Below are positions 26,755 to 35,423 of a stretch of 64,000 nt of DNA, piece by piece. The notes beneath the pieces are model-generated. The model did not search any database and had not been told where the DNA came from. It saw only the letters and a program-made list of their open reading frames with translations. The stretch is from the IMG/VR virus record IMGVR_UViG_3300036401_000331, positions 2,650 to 66,649 of that record; one strand, given 5' to 3'. A program made the position numbers and the translations under genes. The first letter of the stretch is position 1. Each line of letters opens with the position of its first letter. Source of the DNA: a virus.

Positions 26755-26967
26755 ATGGCCCGCCCGACGCCGAAGACTGTCAACGCCGCGCTGAAGGCGG
26801 CCGGCTTCAACGTCCGCATCGTGCGCAACGTGTACGGCGGCAGCTACTACTACTTCATAGACGACGGCTTCGACGTGGTGCCGTCGATCTATGCCTACTC
26901 GCTGGAAGGCTTCACGATGGAACGAATCGTCGAGCATGTCAGATCGCACTTGAAGAACCCGGACTGA
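26755..26967 (+). CDS. Hypothetical protein
   Basis: Packed ORF. Confidence 0.65.
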   Translation: MARPTPKTVNAALKAAGFNVRIVRNVYGGSYYYFIDDGFDVVPSIYAYSLEGFTMERIVEHVRSHLKNPD

Positions 26968-26987
26968 CACCCTAGATGGAGGGTGTC
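26950..26987 (+). promoter_or_regulatory. Sigma70-like promoter with perfect operator palindrome
   Basis: TTGAAG-N17-TAGATG; GACACCCT-AGATGG-AGGGTGTC. Confidence 0.72.
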
Positions 26988-27018
26988 GAAACAACCGCTC
27001 TTAGGAGGAGCAAGCAAG

Positions 27019-27231
27019 ATGTCAGTCGCAGAAGTCGTCAAGTCGTTCGAGGGAGTCGAGCAGTTCCGCAAGGTGCGGGCCGCCATCGACTTCAAGGAGG
27101 CCTACCGGGCCGAGACCGGCCACCGCCCGTCGCTCGTTTCGGTGATCGCTCTCTACCAAGAGTACAAGGCCCGCGCCGAGAAGGCCGAGGCCAAGATTGC
27201 CGAGTTGGAGGCGGCCGGAGGTCCGCTCTAA
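27019..27231 (+). CDS. Hypothetical protein
   Basis: AGGAGGAG RBS. Confidence 0.7.
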   Translation: MSVAEVVKSFEGVEQFRKVRAAIDFKEAYRAETGHRPSLVSVIALYQEYKARAEKAEAKIAELEAAGGPL

Positions 27232-27249
27232 ATCATCCAGTCCCATCAC

Positions 27250-27282
27250 ACCCCGCCAGCGCCTGAGAACGCTGAGCGGGGT
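27250..27282 (+). promoter_or_regulatory. Conserved leader RNA hairpin, copy 2
   Basis: ACCCCGC-CAGCG-CCTGAGAA-CGCTG-A-GCGGGGT. Confidence 0.65.
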
Positions 27283-27305
27283 CGGGGCGTCAGAAGGAGC
27301 AAGTC

Positions 27306-27941
27306 ATGCCGAGAGTGAACACCGTCGAGAAGGCCCGCAAGGCAGACCCCCGCTACGGCATCGCCGTGGGTGACAAGTATTACTGGTGGACGTTCAAGAA
27401 CCAGCGCGGCCCCGGCACCAAGATGAAGTCGAAGACTTATCCAAAGCCGAGCCAGTTGACGCGCTCGAACTTCAAGAGCCAGTGGCGCGGCTTCGCCGAG
27501 CAGATGCAGGACTTGGCGCTCGACGACGGGCTGCACGACGCGCTGCAGGAGATTGCCGGCGCGATCCGCGAACTGGGCGAGGAGTGCCAGTCGAGCCTCG
27601 ACAACATGCCGGAGGGGCTGCAGCAGGGCGCGACCGGCGAGATGCTGCAGGAGCGCATCGACGCCTGCGACAACTGGGCCAGCGAGATCGAGGGTCTCGA
27701 CCAGCCGGAGCGCGAAGACCCCGAGCACCAGACGTTCGAGGAGTTCCTCGATGAGTACATGGCGCGCGAGGGTGCCGAGCAGCCGGGCGAGATGGCCGAC
27801 CTGATCGAATGGGCGACCGATCTCTGGGACGACCACAAGCGCGAGTGTCAGGAGCGCGAGGACGAGGCCGACACCAATTTCCAGTCGGCGCTGGAAGACC
27901 TGCGCGACGAGGCGATCAACGCCGATCCGGGTGAGGTCTGA
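27306..27941 (+). CDS. Hypothetical protein with basic N-terminus and very acidic helical C-terminus
   Basis: AAGGAG RBS; SLDNMPEGLQQG motif. Confidence 0.75.
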   Translation: MPRVNTVEKARKADPRYGIAVGDKYYWWTFKNQRGPGTKMKSKTYPKPSQLTRSNFKSQWRGFAEQMQDLALDDGLHDALQEIAGAIRELGEECQSSLDNMPEGLQQGATGEMLQERIDACDNWASEIEGLDQPEREDPEHQTFEEFLDEYMAREGAEQPGEMADLIEWATDLWDDHKRECQEREDEADTNFQSALEDLRDEAINADPGEV

Positions 27942-27942
27942 G

Positions 27943-28140
27943 ATGGCCGTCACCGCCGAGATGGTCCGGGCGCTGTGCGACCGCGAAGTCGCCGAGTGCG
28001 CCGATCCCGACCGCGCCGCCAAGGTCAAGTTCCTGCGCGACTACTTCACCGACCCGCACTTCCGGGCGGCGCTCGAAGACTTCATCGCCGCGCGAGCGGC
28101 CAACGCGAACATCACACTGGAGGGCCACCATGGCCGATAA
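27943..28140 (+). CDS. Hypothetical protein
   Basis: GAGGT RBS. Confidence 0.6.
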   Translation: MAVTAEMVRALCDREVAECADPDRAAKVKFLRDYFTDPHFRAALEDFIAARAANANITLEGHHGR

Positions 28141-28546
28141 ATCCTACGTCACGCTGGAGCAGAACCTGTGCGTGGTCTGCCTTACCGACTTCGACACCGG
28201 CACCCTGCTGCTCGACAAGCGGATGAAGCCGCGCTTCGAGAAGTTCACCCGCACCGGCTGGGGCATGTGCCCGGCCTGCCAGAAGAAACGCGATGACGGC
28301 TACATCGCCCTGATCGAGTGCGACCCGGCCAAGACCAAGGTCTCGGGCGACCGCATCAAGGACAACAGCGACGCCTACCGCACCGGCAACATCGTCCACA
28401 TCAAGCGCGAAGCCTTCGAGAAGGTCTTCACCATGGCGGTGCCCGAGAAGATGGTGGCCTACGTCGAGCCCGCCGTGATCGAGATGCTGAAGAAGATGTC
28501 CCCAACCCCAGAGGAGAAGAACGATGGCAACGCTGACAATCAATAG
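28130..28546 (+). CDS. Zn-binding hypothetical protein
   Basis: CVVC...CPAC...AYRTG. Confidence 0.7.
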   Translation: MADKSYVTLEQNLCVVCLTDFDTGTLLLDKRMKPRFEKFTRTGWGMCPACQKKRDDGYIALIECDPAKTKVSGDRIKDNSDAYRTGNIVHIKREAFEKVFTMAVPEKMVAYVEPAVIEMLKKMSPTPEEKNDGNADNQ

Positions 28547-28940
28547 CATCGAGAAGGAACAGCGGCCGCGCAAGCAGACGCGGGCCGAGAAGCTCGACGA
28601 GTTCCTGCGCGCCGCCAAGTTCAAGCTGCAGGGCTGGAACCAGTTCACCGCCGACATGCTGGTGCCGGCCGAGTTCGGCGCGGCCCTGATCACCGGGCGG
28701 CCCGAGCTTCTGCGACTGGTGCCGCCGACCGCGCTCACCGCCGAGCAGACCAAGGCGCTCTACAATCTCGTGGCGACGCTGATCGAGACCAACACCGAAC
28801 TGCAGCAGCACGCCCAGATGGTGGCCAAGGTGGTGAGCGACTGGTCGGAGCAGTTCAAGGGCCTGTCCAGCCTCGGTTGGCAGATCGAGCGCTTCGCCAA
28901 CTTCGAGCAGATCGGGCCGGCCGGCGAGGAGGACCAGTGA
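28524..28940 (+). CDS. Hypothetical protein
   Basis: GAGGAG RBS. Confidence 0.65.
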   Translation: MATLTINSIEKEQRPRKQTRAEKLDEFLRAAKFKLQGWNQFTADMLVPAEFGAALITGRPELLRLVPPTALTAEQTKALYNLVATLIETNTELQQHAQMVAKVVSDWSEQFKGLSSLGWQIERFANFEQIGPAGEEDQ

Positions 28941-29152
28941 GCGGCGGCCAGACCTGCCGGTGCCCGGAGTCGAAGAAGCCCATGGCTGAGCGGCGCTGGC
29001 ACGTCTACCAGCGCCATTGCAACCACTCGGCGTTCAACGGCTACAGGTACACCCGGAGCGACTGGTCGAGCATCGGCTGCGCCGCCTGCCACATGACGTG
29101 GCGCACCAAGGCCGCCTACGTCCACCGGCTGCCCGACTACAAAGCGGCTTGA
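28937..29152 (+). CDS. Small Cys-rich protein
   Basis: CRC...CNHSAFNG...CAAC...WRTKAAYV. Confidence 0.65.
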   Translation: MSGGQTCRCPESKKPMAERRWHVYQRHCNHSAFNGYRYTRSDWSSIGCAACHMTWRTKAAYVHRLPDYKAA

Positions 29153-29177
29153 CCGCCAGTAGTTGGCACCCTACTTT
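29149..29177 (+). promoter_or_regulatory. Sigma70-like promoter with half operator
   Basis: TTGACC-N17-TACTTT; GCACCCT. Confidence 0.65.
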
Positions 29178-29196
29178 CCGCCACTAGGAGACGAGC

Positions 29197-29400
29197 ATGA
29201 GACATCGGCATTATTTCATCCTGCCCATGACCGGCGACAACGCGCTGCCGGTCTTCGGGCTCTACCGGGCATACCGGCGCTACGAACTCAGCAGCGCCAC
29301 CTTCATCAGTGCGCACCCCGACAGGGATGCCGCGCTGGTCGAGATGTCCCTCCACGTCGAGCGCGACAAGGACGACACCGAACGAGCGAGGACCGCGTGA
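29197..29400 (+). CDS. Hypothetical protein
   Basis: TAGGAG RBS. Confidence 0.55.
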   Translation: MRHRHYFILPMTGDNALPVFGLYRAYRRYELSSATFISAHPDRDAALVEMSLHVERDKDDTERARTA

Positions 29401-29741
29401 AAGAGATCGCCATCGACCCGCTGTGGATTTTCGGCGCGCTGTTCACCATCCTCGGTGTCGGCTGCGGCTGGTACATCGTGCGCCTCGACCAGATGGTCGA
29501 ACACCTGCGCGACGAGATCATCGACATGCAGAAAGACATCGGCAAGCTGCAGAACGCCGACGTCACCTGCACCAACGACCAGAACATCCTCAAGCAGGAC
29601 ATGAGCCACATCCGGGCGACGCTGCTCAAGATGGTGGCCCGCCGCTTCATGCGCAAAACCCTGCGCGAGGAGTGGAAGGCGGCGAAGAAGGCCAAGCAGC
29701 AGCCCAAGCACCGCGAACTCGTGCAGCAGGGTGACCTGTGA
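29397..29741 (+). CDS. Single-TM coiled-coil protein
   Basis: N-terminal hydrophobic helix followed by heptads. Confidence 0.65.
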   Translation: MKEIAIDPLWIFGALFTILGVGCGWYIVRLDQMVEHLRDEIIDMQKDIGKLQNADVTCTNDQNILKQDMSHIRATLLKMVARRFMRKTLREEWKAAKKAKQQPKHRELVQQGDL

Positions 29742-30016
29742 GCCACCGCATCATCAACGTCCACGACCGACGGCACGCATGGATCGGCTCGTGGATCATC
29801 GAGGACCAGCCGCTCGACGTGAACGCGCTGGTCGACTCCGACATCGGCCGCACCGTGATCTGGCAGTCCTACGGCAAGGCCGAGGCCGGCACGATCTCGT
29901 CATGGCGCTTCGGGCTGGTGTTCGTGCGCTTCAGCACGGGCGACACCGGAGCCGCCTGCAAGCCCGAGGAACTGAGCTTCGCGGTCAAGCCGTGCGACGG
30001 GAACCTCGACCGATGA
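29738..30016 (+). CDS. Hypothetical protein
   Basis: Coupled ORF. Confidence 0.65.
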   Translation: MSHRIINVHDRRHAWIGSWIIEDQPLDVNALVDSDIGRTVIWQSYGKAEAGTISSWRFGLVFVRFSTGDTGAACKPEELSFAVKPCDGNLDR

Positions 30017-30288
30017 CCTACACGATCTCCGATTTCCGCCGCGACTATCGCATCGGCAAGTTCGCATGGCCGGGCGGTTACCCGCGCTACTTCGTCTGCG
30101 AGGACGGCGAGGCGCTGAGCTTCGAGGCCGCCAAGGAGAACCGCCGGCTGATCCTAGAAGCGATCCGCGATCAGGATCGCAGCGGCTGGCACGTCGTCGG
30201 CGTCGACATCAACTGGGAGGACGTCAACCTGCGATGCGCCCACACCAACGAGCCCATTCAATCCGCCTACGGAGACGCCACGCCATGA
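30013..30288 (+). CDS. Conserved phage protein (AWPGGYP...INWED family)
   Basis: Recognisable motif; coupled ORF. Confidence 0.7.
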   Translation: MTYTISDFRRDYRIGKFAWPGGYPRYFVCEDGEALSFEAAKENRRLILEAIRDQDRSGWHVVGVDINWEDVNLRCAHTNEPIQSAYGDATP

Positions 30289-30647
30289 CTGCCCAGATGC
30301 TCAAGCCCAAGGTCCAGCAACTCGATCATATCGCCTACACCGTGGCGTTCACCTTCCACGGCCAGAACACGGCGAACTTCGACGTGCTGCTCGATTTCAG
30401 CGCCGAGGTCCGCATCAAGGGCCGCATCATCATCCACGGCGAGGCGCTCGTCGACCGCGTCTCCGATGCCGTGCGCTGTGTGATCCATCACGAGACCCGC
30501 GACAAGTACGCATGGCGCAACCTGTACGACCGCGAGTGCATCGCCGACAAGTACGCCGAGCGGCTGCGCGCCGCCATAGCCGCCATCACCGGGCGCGAGG
30601 TCACGATCCACGACGCCGCCATCGCTTCGCCGAGGGAGGAGACATGA
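30285..30647 (+). CDS. Hypothetical protein
   Basis: Coupled ORF. Confidence 0.6.
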   Translation: MTAQMLKPKVQQLDHIAYTVAFTFHGQNTANFDVLLDFSAEVRIKGRIIIHGEALVDRVSDAVRCVIHHETRDKYAWRNLYDRECIADKYAERLRAAIAAITGREVTIHDAAIASPREET

Positions 30648-31189
30648 ACCGCACCTGTGGCGACTGCCAACTCTGCTGCCGACTGATGCCGGTCAGGGAG
30701 ATACCGGGCAAGGATGCCGGCGTGAAGTGCCGTCACCAGTGCCGCAAGGGCTGTGGCATCTACGAGCGCCGGCCGATCTCGTGCAAGGCCTTCGCCTGCC
30801 AGTGGCTGCTCGGCATGGACACCGGCCAGCGCCCGGATCGCAGCCACCTCGTGGTCGATCCGATGCCGGACTTTGTCACCGCCGTGTCGCATGATGACGG
30901 CTCCGAGCAGAAGATCGCCGTCATCCAAGTGTGGATCGACCCCGATCACAAGGACGCCCACCGCGACCCGGCGTTCCGGCGCTGGCTCGACGGCAAGAAG
31001 CGGCCGGCGATGATCCGCTTCGACTCCCATAGGGGCTTCCTGCTGGTGCCGCCGTCGGCCTGCTCGGAGCGGGAGTGGATCGAGGTCGACAGCAACATCT
31101 CGGAGAGCGAGCCCGAGCACACGCTGCAGGAGACCATCGAGGCGGTCGGCGACCAACTCGACGACATCGAGATCAGGGTGACGCCATGA
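30644..31189 (+). CDS. YkgJ-like CxxCxxCC cysteine-cluster protein
   Basis: CGDCQLCC...CRHQC..GCGIYERRPISCKAFACQW. Confidence 0.8.
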   Translation: MNRTCGDCQLCCRLMPVREIPGKDAGVKCRHQCRKGCGIYERRPISCKAFACQWLLGMDTGQRPDRSHLVVDPMPDFVTAVSHDDGSEQKIAVIQVWIDPDHKDAHRDPAFRRWLDGKKRPAMIRFDSHRGFLLVPPSACSEREWIEVDSNISESEPEHTLQETIEAVGDQLDDIEIRVTP

Positions 31190-31593
31190 CCCAACGTCCG
31201 CTCTACATCGCGCTGGCCAGCAAGGTCGTCGCGCGCCTGAACTGCATCAAGGCCGACAACATCGAATGGCGCGACCGCCACAAGGAGGACGCCGACCGGC
31301 TGGTGCGCGACCTGATGCCGAGCGGCTCGGGCTTCGACAACGGCACCACGCTGGACTGGGAGCACTCCACGGCCGAGCGGCTCTACTTCAAGACCGCGTT
31401 CCACCACATGGACGACCACGGCAGCTACGACGGCTGGACCGAGCACACCGTGTTCGTGACGCCCAGCCTGCTGCACGGCGTCAAGCTGTCGATCACCGGC
31501 CGCAACCGCCGCGACATCAAGGACTATATCCACGACTGCTTCCACGACGCGCTGATGGCGCAGGAGCCGCAGGCCGAGGAGCAGGCGGCATGA
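31186..31593 (+). CDS. Conserved phage protein (PSGSGFD...FHHMD..G.YDGWTEH family)
   Basis: Recognisable motif. Confidence 0.72.
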   Translation: MTQRPLYIALASKVVARLNCIKADNIEWRDRHKEDADRLVRDLMPSGSGFDNGTTLDWEHSTAERLYFKTAFHHMDDHGSYDGWTEHTVFVTPSLLHGVKLSITGRNRRDIKDYIHDCFHDALMAQEPQAEEQAA

Positions 31594-31847
31594 AGTTCCG
31601 GGCGGGCCAGAAGGTGACGGTGCGCACGGTCGACGGCGGCCGACTGCCGCGCATGGTCGCCAGCCAGCGGCCGATCAGGACCGAGGAATGGCAGGGCCGG
31701 GTGGTCGGTCCGTCGATGATCGGGGCCGGCTGGTGGCTGGTCCGCAAGGCCGGCGGCCGGGGTGGCATCACCTACACCGTGCCGGAGCGGGAAATCACCG
31801 CAACACGCCAAAAATTGGCACTTGCAAAGCCATCAGATGCACCCTAA
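31590..31847 (+). CDS. Small SH3/KOW-like protein
   Basis: MKFRAGQKVTV...GRVV...VPEREI. Confidence 0.55.
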   Translation: MKFRAGQKVTVRTVDGGRLPRMVASQRPIRTEEWQGRVVGPSMIGAGWWLVRKAGGRGGITYTVPEREITATRQKLALAKPSDAP

Positions 31848-31858
31848 GTTCAGGGCGT
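31822..31858 (+). promoter_or_regulatory. Sigma70-like promoter with operator
   Basis: TTGCAA-N17-TAAGTT; GCACCCT-AAGTTC-AGGGCGT. Confidence 0.72.
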
Positions 31859-31893
31859 CGGCGGGCATGGTGCCTGCCAGTCTAGGAGGTTAG

Positions 31894-33015
31894 ATGCTTA
31901 AAGGTTTGTCACTCACAGAGTTGGCCCAGCGTATTGAGGGCCTCAAGACGCAGAAGCAGGACTTCATCGCCACGACCGGCGCGCAGGCGCAGATGGTCGT
32001 GTCGGAGAACAAGCCGCTGATGGTGGTCAACGATGGCGGCAAGACGCTGGGCGAGTTCCCGATCCTCGGGACCGCGCACGGCCAGATCAGCGCTCGCACC
32101 AACATCCCGGCGATCTACTACAACCGCATGCTCGACGAGCAGCCCAGCCTGCTCGCGACCAACGTGAACCACTGGTTCAACGCCAACCCCGAGCCCCGCA
32201 TGATCCGCGTGCTCAAGGGCAACAACCGCGCCTTCCTCTCGAACAAGTACCAGCGCGTCGAGAACGAGGAGATCGCACAGGTCGCCCTTCCGCTGCTCCT
32301 CCAGAGCGGCATGAAGGTGGTCTCGTGCGAGGTTACCGAACGCCGCATGTATATTCAGGCGATCAACGAGAAGCTCACCGCCGAGGTCAAGGGCAGCCGC
32401 CGCGTCGGCGACGTCGTCCATGGCGGCGTGGTGATCTCCAACTCCGAGATCGGTCAGGGCGCGGTGATGGTCAGCGACTTCGACTATTTCCTCGCCTGCC
32501 TGAACGGCATGATGTCGACCAAGCTGATGAACTCCAGCCACGTCGGCCGCAAGATCACGGACAACGCCGACCTGTGGGCCGACGACACCAAGGCCGCCGA
32601 CGACAAGGCGATGGTGCTCAAGGTCCGCGACATGATCACGGCGGCGCTGAGCCCGGAGCGGTTTCAGGCTCGCATCGAGAAGATGTCGAACCTGACCTCG
32701 GTCAAGATCGCCGGCAACGTGCAGGCGGCCGTCGAGGTGCTGGGCGTCAAGATCGGCGCGACGGTCGAGGAGACCGGCGGCATCCTGAAGGCCCTGATCG
32801 AGGGCGGCGACCTCAGTGCTTGGGGCGTGGTCAACGCGGTCACGGCACAGGCCCACACCGCCACCGACTACGACCGCGCGGTCGAGTTCGAGCAGGCCGG
32901 CGGCATGCTGCTGGACCTCAAGGCCAGCGAGTGGACCGAGGTGCTGGGGGCCGACAAGTCCCCGGTGCGCAAGGTACGCCGGTCCAAGGTGACCGATCTG
33001 GCGGTGGCGGCGTAA
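31894..33015 (+). CDS. DUF932-family protein
   Basis: RAFLSNKY, ISNSEIG.G, CLNGM, HVGR, WGVVNAVT. Confidence 0.8.
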   Translation: MLKGLSLTELAQRIEGLKTQKQDFIATTGAQAQMVVSENKPLMVVNDGGKTLGEFPILGTAHGQISARTNIPAIYYNRMLDEQPSLLATNVNHWFNANPEPRMIRVLKGNNRAFLSNKYQRVENEEIAQVALPLLLQSGMKVVSCEVTERRMYIQAINEKLTAEVKGSRRVGDVVHGGVVISNSEIGQGAVMVSDFDYFLACLNGMMSTKLMNSSHVGRKITDNADLWADDTKAADDKAMVLKVRDMITAALSPERFQARIEKMSNLTSVKIAGNVQAAVEVLGVKIGATVEETGGILKALIEGGDLSAWGVVNAVTAQAHTATDYDRAVEFEQAGGMLLDLKASEWTEVLGADKSPVRKVRRSKVTDLAVAA

Positions 33016-33036
33016 GCAGCCCCATCGCCCCTCCGA

Positions 33037-33066
33037 GGCCCGCCCGGCGCAAGCTGGGCGGGCTTT
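33037..33066 (+). terminator. GC stem with GCAA tetraloop and short U-tract
   Basis: GCCCGCCCGGC-GCAA-GCTGGGCGGGC-TTT. Confidence 0.55.
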
Positions 33067-33086
33067 AGGAGTCAGGAGAACCCATC

Positions 33087-33305
33087 ATGGCCATCAGACA
33101 ATTCAAAGAGACCCGCTACCAGAACCACCGCATCGAGCACGAGGGCACGGTGTGGCGCATCGACGGCAAGGTGTGGCCGCCGAGCGGCAACCGGCCCGGC
33201 CTGTTCAAGGTCTACCGGGTGCATGGCGACATCACCTCGCCGCACCTCGTGCCGGCCCTGCAACTGTTCGCCGACACGCTCGGCCTGCAGGCGGCGCTGT
33301 CGTGA
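33087..33305 (+). CDS. Hypothetical protein
   Basis: AGGAG RBS. Confidence 0.6.
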   Translation: MAIRQFKETRYQNHRIEHEGTVWRIDGKVWPPSGNRPGLFKVYRVHGDITSPHLVPALQLFADTLGLQAALS

Positions 33306-33844
33306 CCCACACCGTCGAACTGGTACGGCCCGAGCCGCCCTTCGAGCAGGGCGACTTCTTCGACCGGGGCGAGCGCGCCATCGTGGTCGACGGCAAGCGC
33401 TGGGGCCGCACCATCGTCAAGGGTCACGGCGTGTGGGGCAACAGCCACCACTTCAAGCAGGACGCCGACGACATGATCCTGAAGGACGGCTGCAAGGACG
33501 AGCCGTGGAAGGAACACTACTGGGAGCGCGTCGACAGCGACCGCAACCGGCGCTACCGGCGTGACGACAACCCCGTGCGCGACACCTTCGAGTTGGTGAT
33601 CGAGAAGGTGCAGGCGCTGATCGCTGCCGGCAAGCTGCGCGATCCCGACGTGGTCCGGTCCGAGCAGCAGAAGCGCAACGCCGCGTGGCTGGAGAAGCGC
33701 AAGGCCGAGAAGGCCGAGCAGGCCGCGCAGTTCCGCGCCAAGGCGCTGGAGGCGGCCGGCTACTTGGCCGAGCCGAACGATCCGCAGTCGCTCGAACTGG
33801 TCGAGCGGATCGTCGCCGCGATGAACTGGGCGGCCGCGCAATGA
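33302..33844 (+). CDS. Hypothetical protein
   Basis: Coupled ORF. Confidence 0.65.
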   Translation: MTHTVELVRPEPPFEQGDFFDRGERAIVVDGKRWGRTIVKGHGVWGNSHHFKQDADDMILKDGCKDEPWKEHYWERVDSDRNRRYRRDDNPVRDTFELVIEKVQALIAAGKLRDPDVVRSEQQKRNAAWLEKRKAEKAEQAAQFRAKALEAAGYLAEPNDPQSLELVERIVAAMNWAAAQ

Positions 33845-34314
33845 ACGACGACATCAACTTCTTCGACGGCACCGAGTTCGACTTCCTGTCGAACTTCCAT
33901 CCCTGCCTCGTCGACTACGAGGGCCGGCGCTGGACGACGACCGAGCACGCCTATCAGGCGATGAAGACCTACGACGTCGACCAGCAGCGTGCCATCCACA
34001 AGGCGCGCGATCCCGGCCTCGCCAAGATGCTCGGCCAGCGCTGCATCATGCGCAAGGACTGGGACACCGTGAAGTACGACATCATGCTCGACCTGCTGCG
34101 GCTCAAGTTCCGCCAACCGCACTTCACCGGGCTGCTGCTGAAAACTGGCGAACGCAAACTGATCGAGGGCAACACATGGAACGATACCTGCTGGGGCGTC
34201 TGCAACGGCGTCGGCGCGAACAATCTTGGCCGCTCGCTGATGCTGGTGCGCGCCGAACTGCAGCGCGACGTGCTGGCCCAGAAGCTGCTCGACTACATGG
34301 AGCCGACACCATGA
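33841..34314 (+). CDS. NADAR (YbiA-like) family protein
   Basis: FLSNF, TTEHAYQAMK, RKDW, KFRQ, LLKTG..LIEGN.W.D..WG, G.N.LGR.LM.VR. Confidence 0.92.
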   Translation: MNDDINFFDGTEFDFLSNFHPCLVDYEGRRWTTTEHAYQAMKTYDVDQQRAIHKARDPGLAKMLGQRCIMRKDWDTVKYDIMLDLLRLKFRQPHFTGLLLKTGERKLIEGNTWNDTCWGVCNGVGANNLGRSLMLVRAELQRDVLAQKLLDYMEPTP

Positions 34315-34523
34315 GGTGGCGCGGCATCATCTTCGGCCTGCTGCTGGCGCTGCCGTTCTGGCTGGTCATCGTCGGCGTCGCCTGCGCCCAGAGCGAACGG
34401 ACGGTCTGCTACAAGTCGGGCCGCGACACGATCTGTAGGACGACCACCGAGTACGGGACGACCGTGCAGGAAACCCGCTGCTACAAGAGCGGCAACGACA
34501 CCATCTGCGACACGAGGAGATAG
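34311..34523 (+). CDS. Small exported protein with duplicated CYKSGxDTIC motif
   Basis: Hydrophobic leader ending ACA; TVCYKSGRDTIC and TRCYKSGNDTIC. Confidence 0.65.
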   Translation: MRWRGIIFGLLLALPFWLVIVGVACAQSERTVCYKSGRDTICRTTTEYGTTVQETRCYKSGNDTICDTRR

Positions 34524-34529
34524 ACAGAC

Positions 34530-34847
34530 ATGACCGACCAAGAACTGCACGACGCCCTGCTGGCGGCTACCGCCGGCCTGCGCGACAAGCTGAGCGATGC
34601 CAACATCGGCAGCCACTTCAACCTGACCATCGAGATCAAGGGCCGGCTCAATTCCAGCGAGCCGGCGATGGTGGCCTACCGGCTGAACGAGTCGCTGTGG
34701 CAGGGCGGCCCCGAGGGCAACCGGCTCGGCCCGGTGGCCGACGAACTGATCCGCCGCCACGGCTGGAGCAAGCGCCATTCGCCGCTGCAACTGACCAGCG
34801 AGGTCGAGCCCGCGCCGGCCGGCATGCCTGCGATCCATCCCGCGTGA
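34530..34847 (+). CDS. Hypothetical protein
   Basis: GAGGAG RBS. Confidence 0.65.
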   Translation: MTDQELHDALLAATAGLRDKLSDANIGSHFNLTIEIKGRLNSSEPAMVAYRLNESLWQGGPEGNRLGPVADELIRRHGWSKRHSPLQLTSEVEPAPAGMPAIHPA

Positions 34848-35173
34848 GCGACGTGATCACCACCATCGACTGGACCGGCTGCAAGCGCATGGACCGGGAG
34901 ACCTTCCTGCGGCTCGCCGAGCCGGGCGAGAGGGAGCAACTTGTAAAGCTGCTGGATGACCCTAATATGAGGGCGCGAGGTGCGGTCTGCTTTCAGGACG
35001 AGCGTGGCAACAGCGACAAGTGGGGACAGCGCTACTACGTGCTGTACGGTGAGCACCCTGACTTCAAGGGTTACACCACCGCCCGGTCGATGTTCGAGCG
35101 CACGTACCGGGGAGCCGGCCCCATCGCGTACTTCGAGAAGGAGACCGCCGACAATGACCAAGCAGGAGCGTGA
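34844..35173 (+). CDS. Hypothetical protein
   Basis: Coupled ORF. Confidence 0.55.
   Translation: MSDVITTIDWTGCKRMDRETFLRLAEPGEREQLVKLLDDPNMRARGAVCFQDERGNSDKWGQRYYVLYGEHPDFKGYTTARSMFERTYRGAGPIAYFEKETADNDQAGA
34941..34976 (+). promoter_or_regulatory. Intragenic sigma70-like promoter with operator
   Basis: TTGTAA-N16-TAATAT; TGACCCT-AATATG-AGGGCGC. Confidence 0.6.
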
Positions 35174-35423
35174 CCAGCGGCTCCTCAGTTTCGTGGCAGA
35201 GTTCCTCTATGGCCCGCAATGGCAGAGCGAACTGGCGCGGGCGCTGAAGTGCGACCCGCGCACGGTGCGAAGCTGGGTGCAGGGTCGCTACAGGATCGTG
35301 CCGGAGACGTGGGTGGCCATCGAGCGACTGCTGGACAAGAAGCTGAAGCACACCGACGTGGTGCGCAAGGCGATCAAGGGCAAGATCAGGAAGCTGAAAC
35401 TCAACAAGGAGCTATTCGTATGA
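35154..35423 (+). CDS. HTH DNA-binding protein
   Basis: LYGPQWQSELARALKCDPRTVRSW..G. Confidence 0.75.
   Translation: MTKQERDQRLLSFVAEFLYGPQWQSELARALKCDPRTVRSWVQGRYRIVPETWVAIERLLDKKLKHTDVVRKAIKGKIRKLKLNKELFV

Noticed and set aside
15918-34976. CRISPR-like interpretation of the recurring palindrome
   Set aside because: Copies are dispersed kilobases apart and coincide with promoters; no regular spacers and no cas genes
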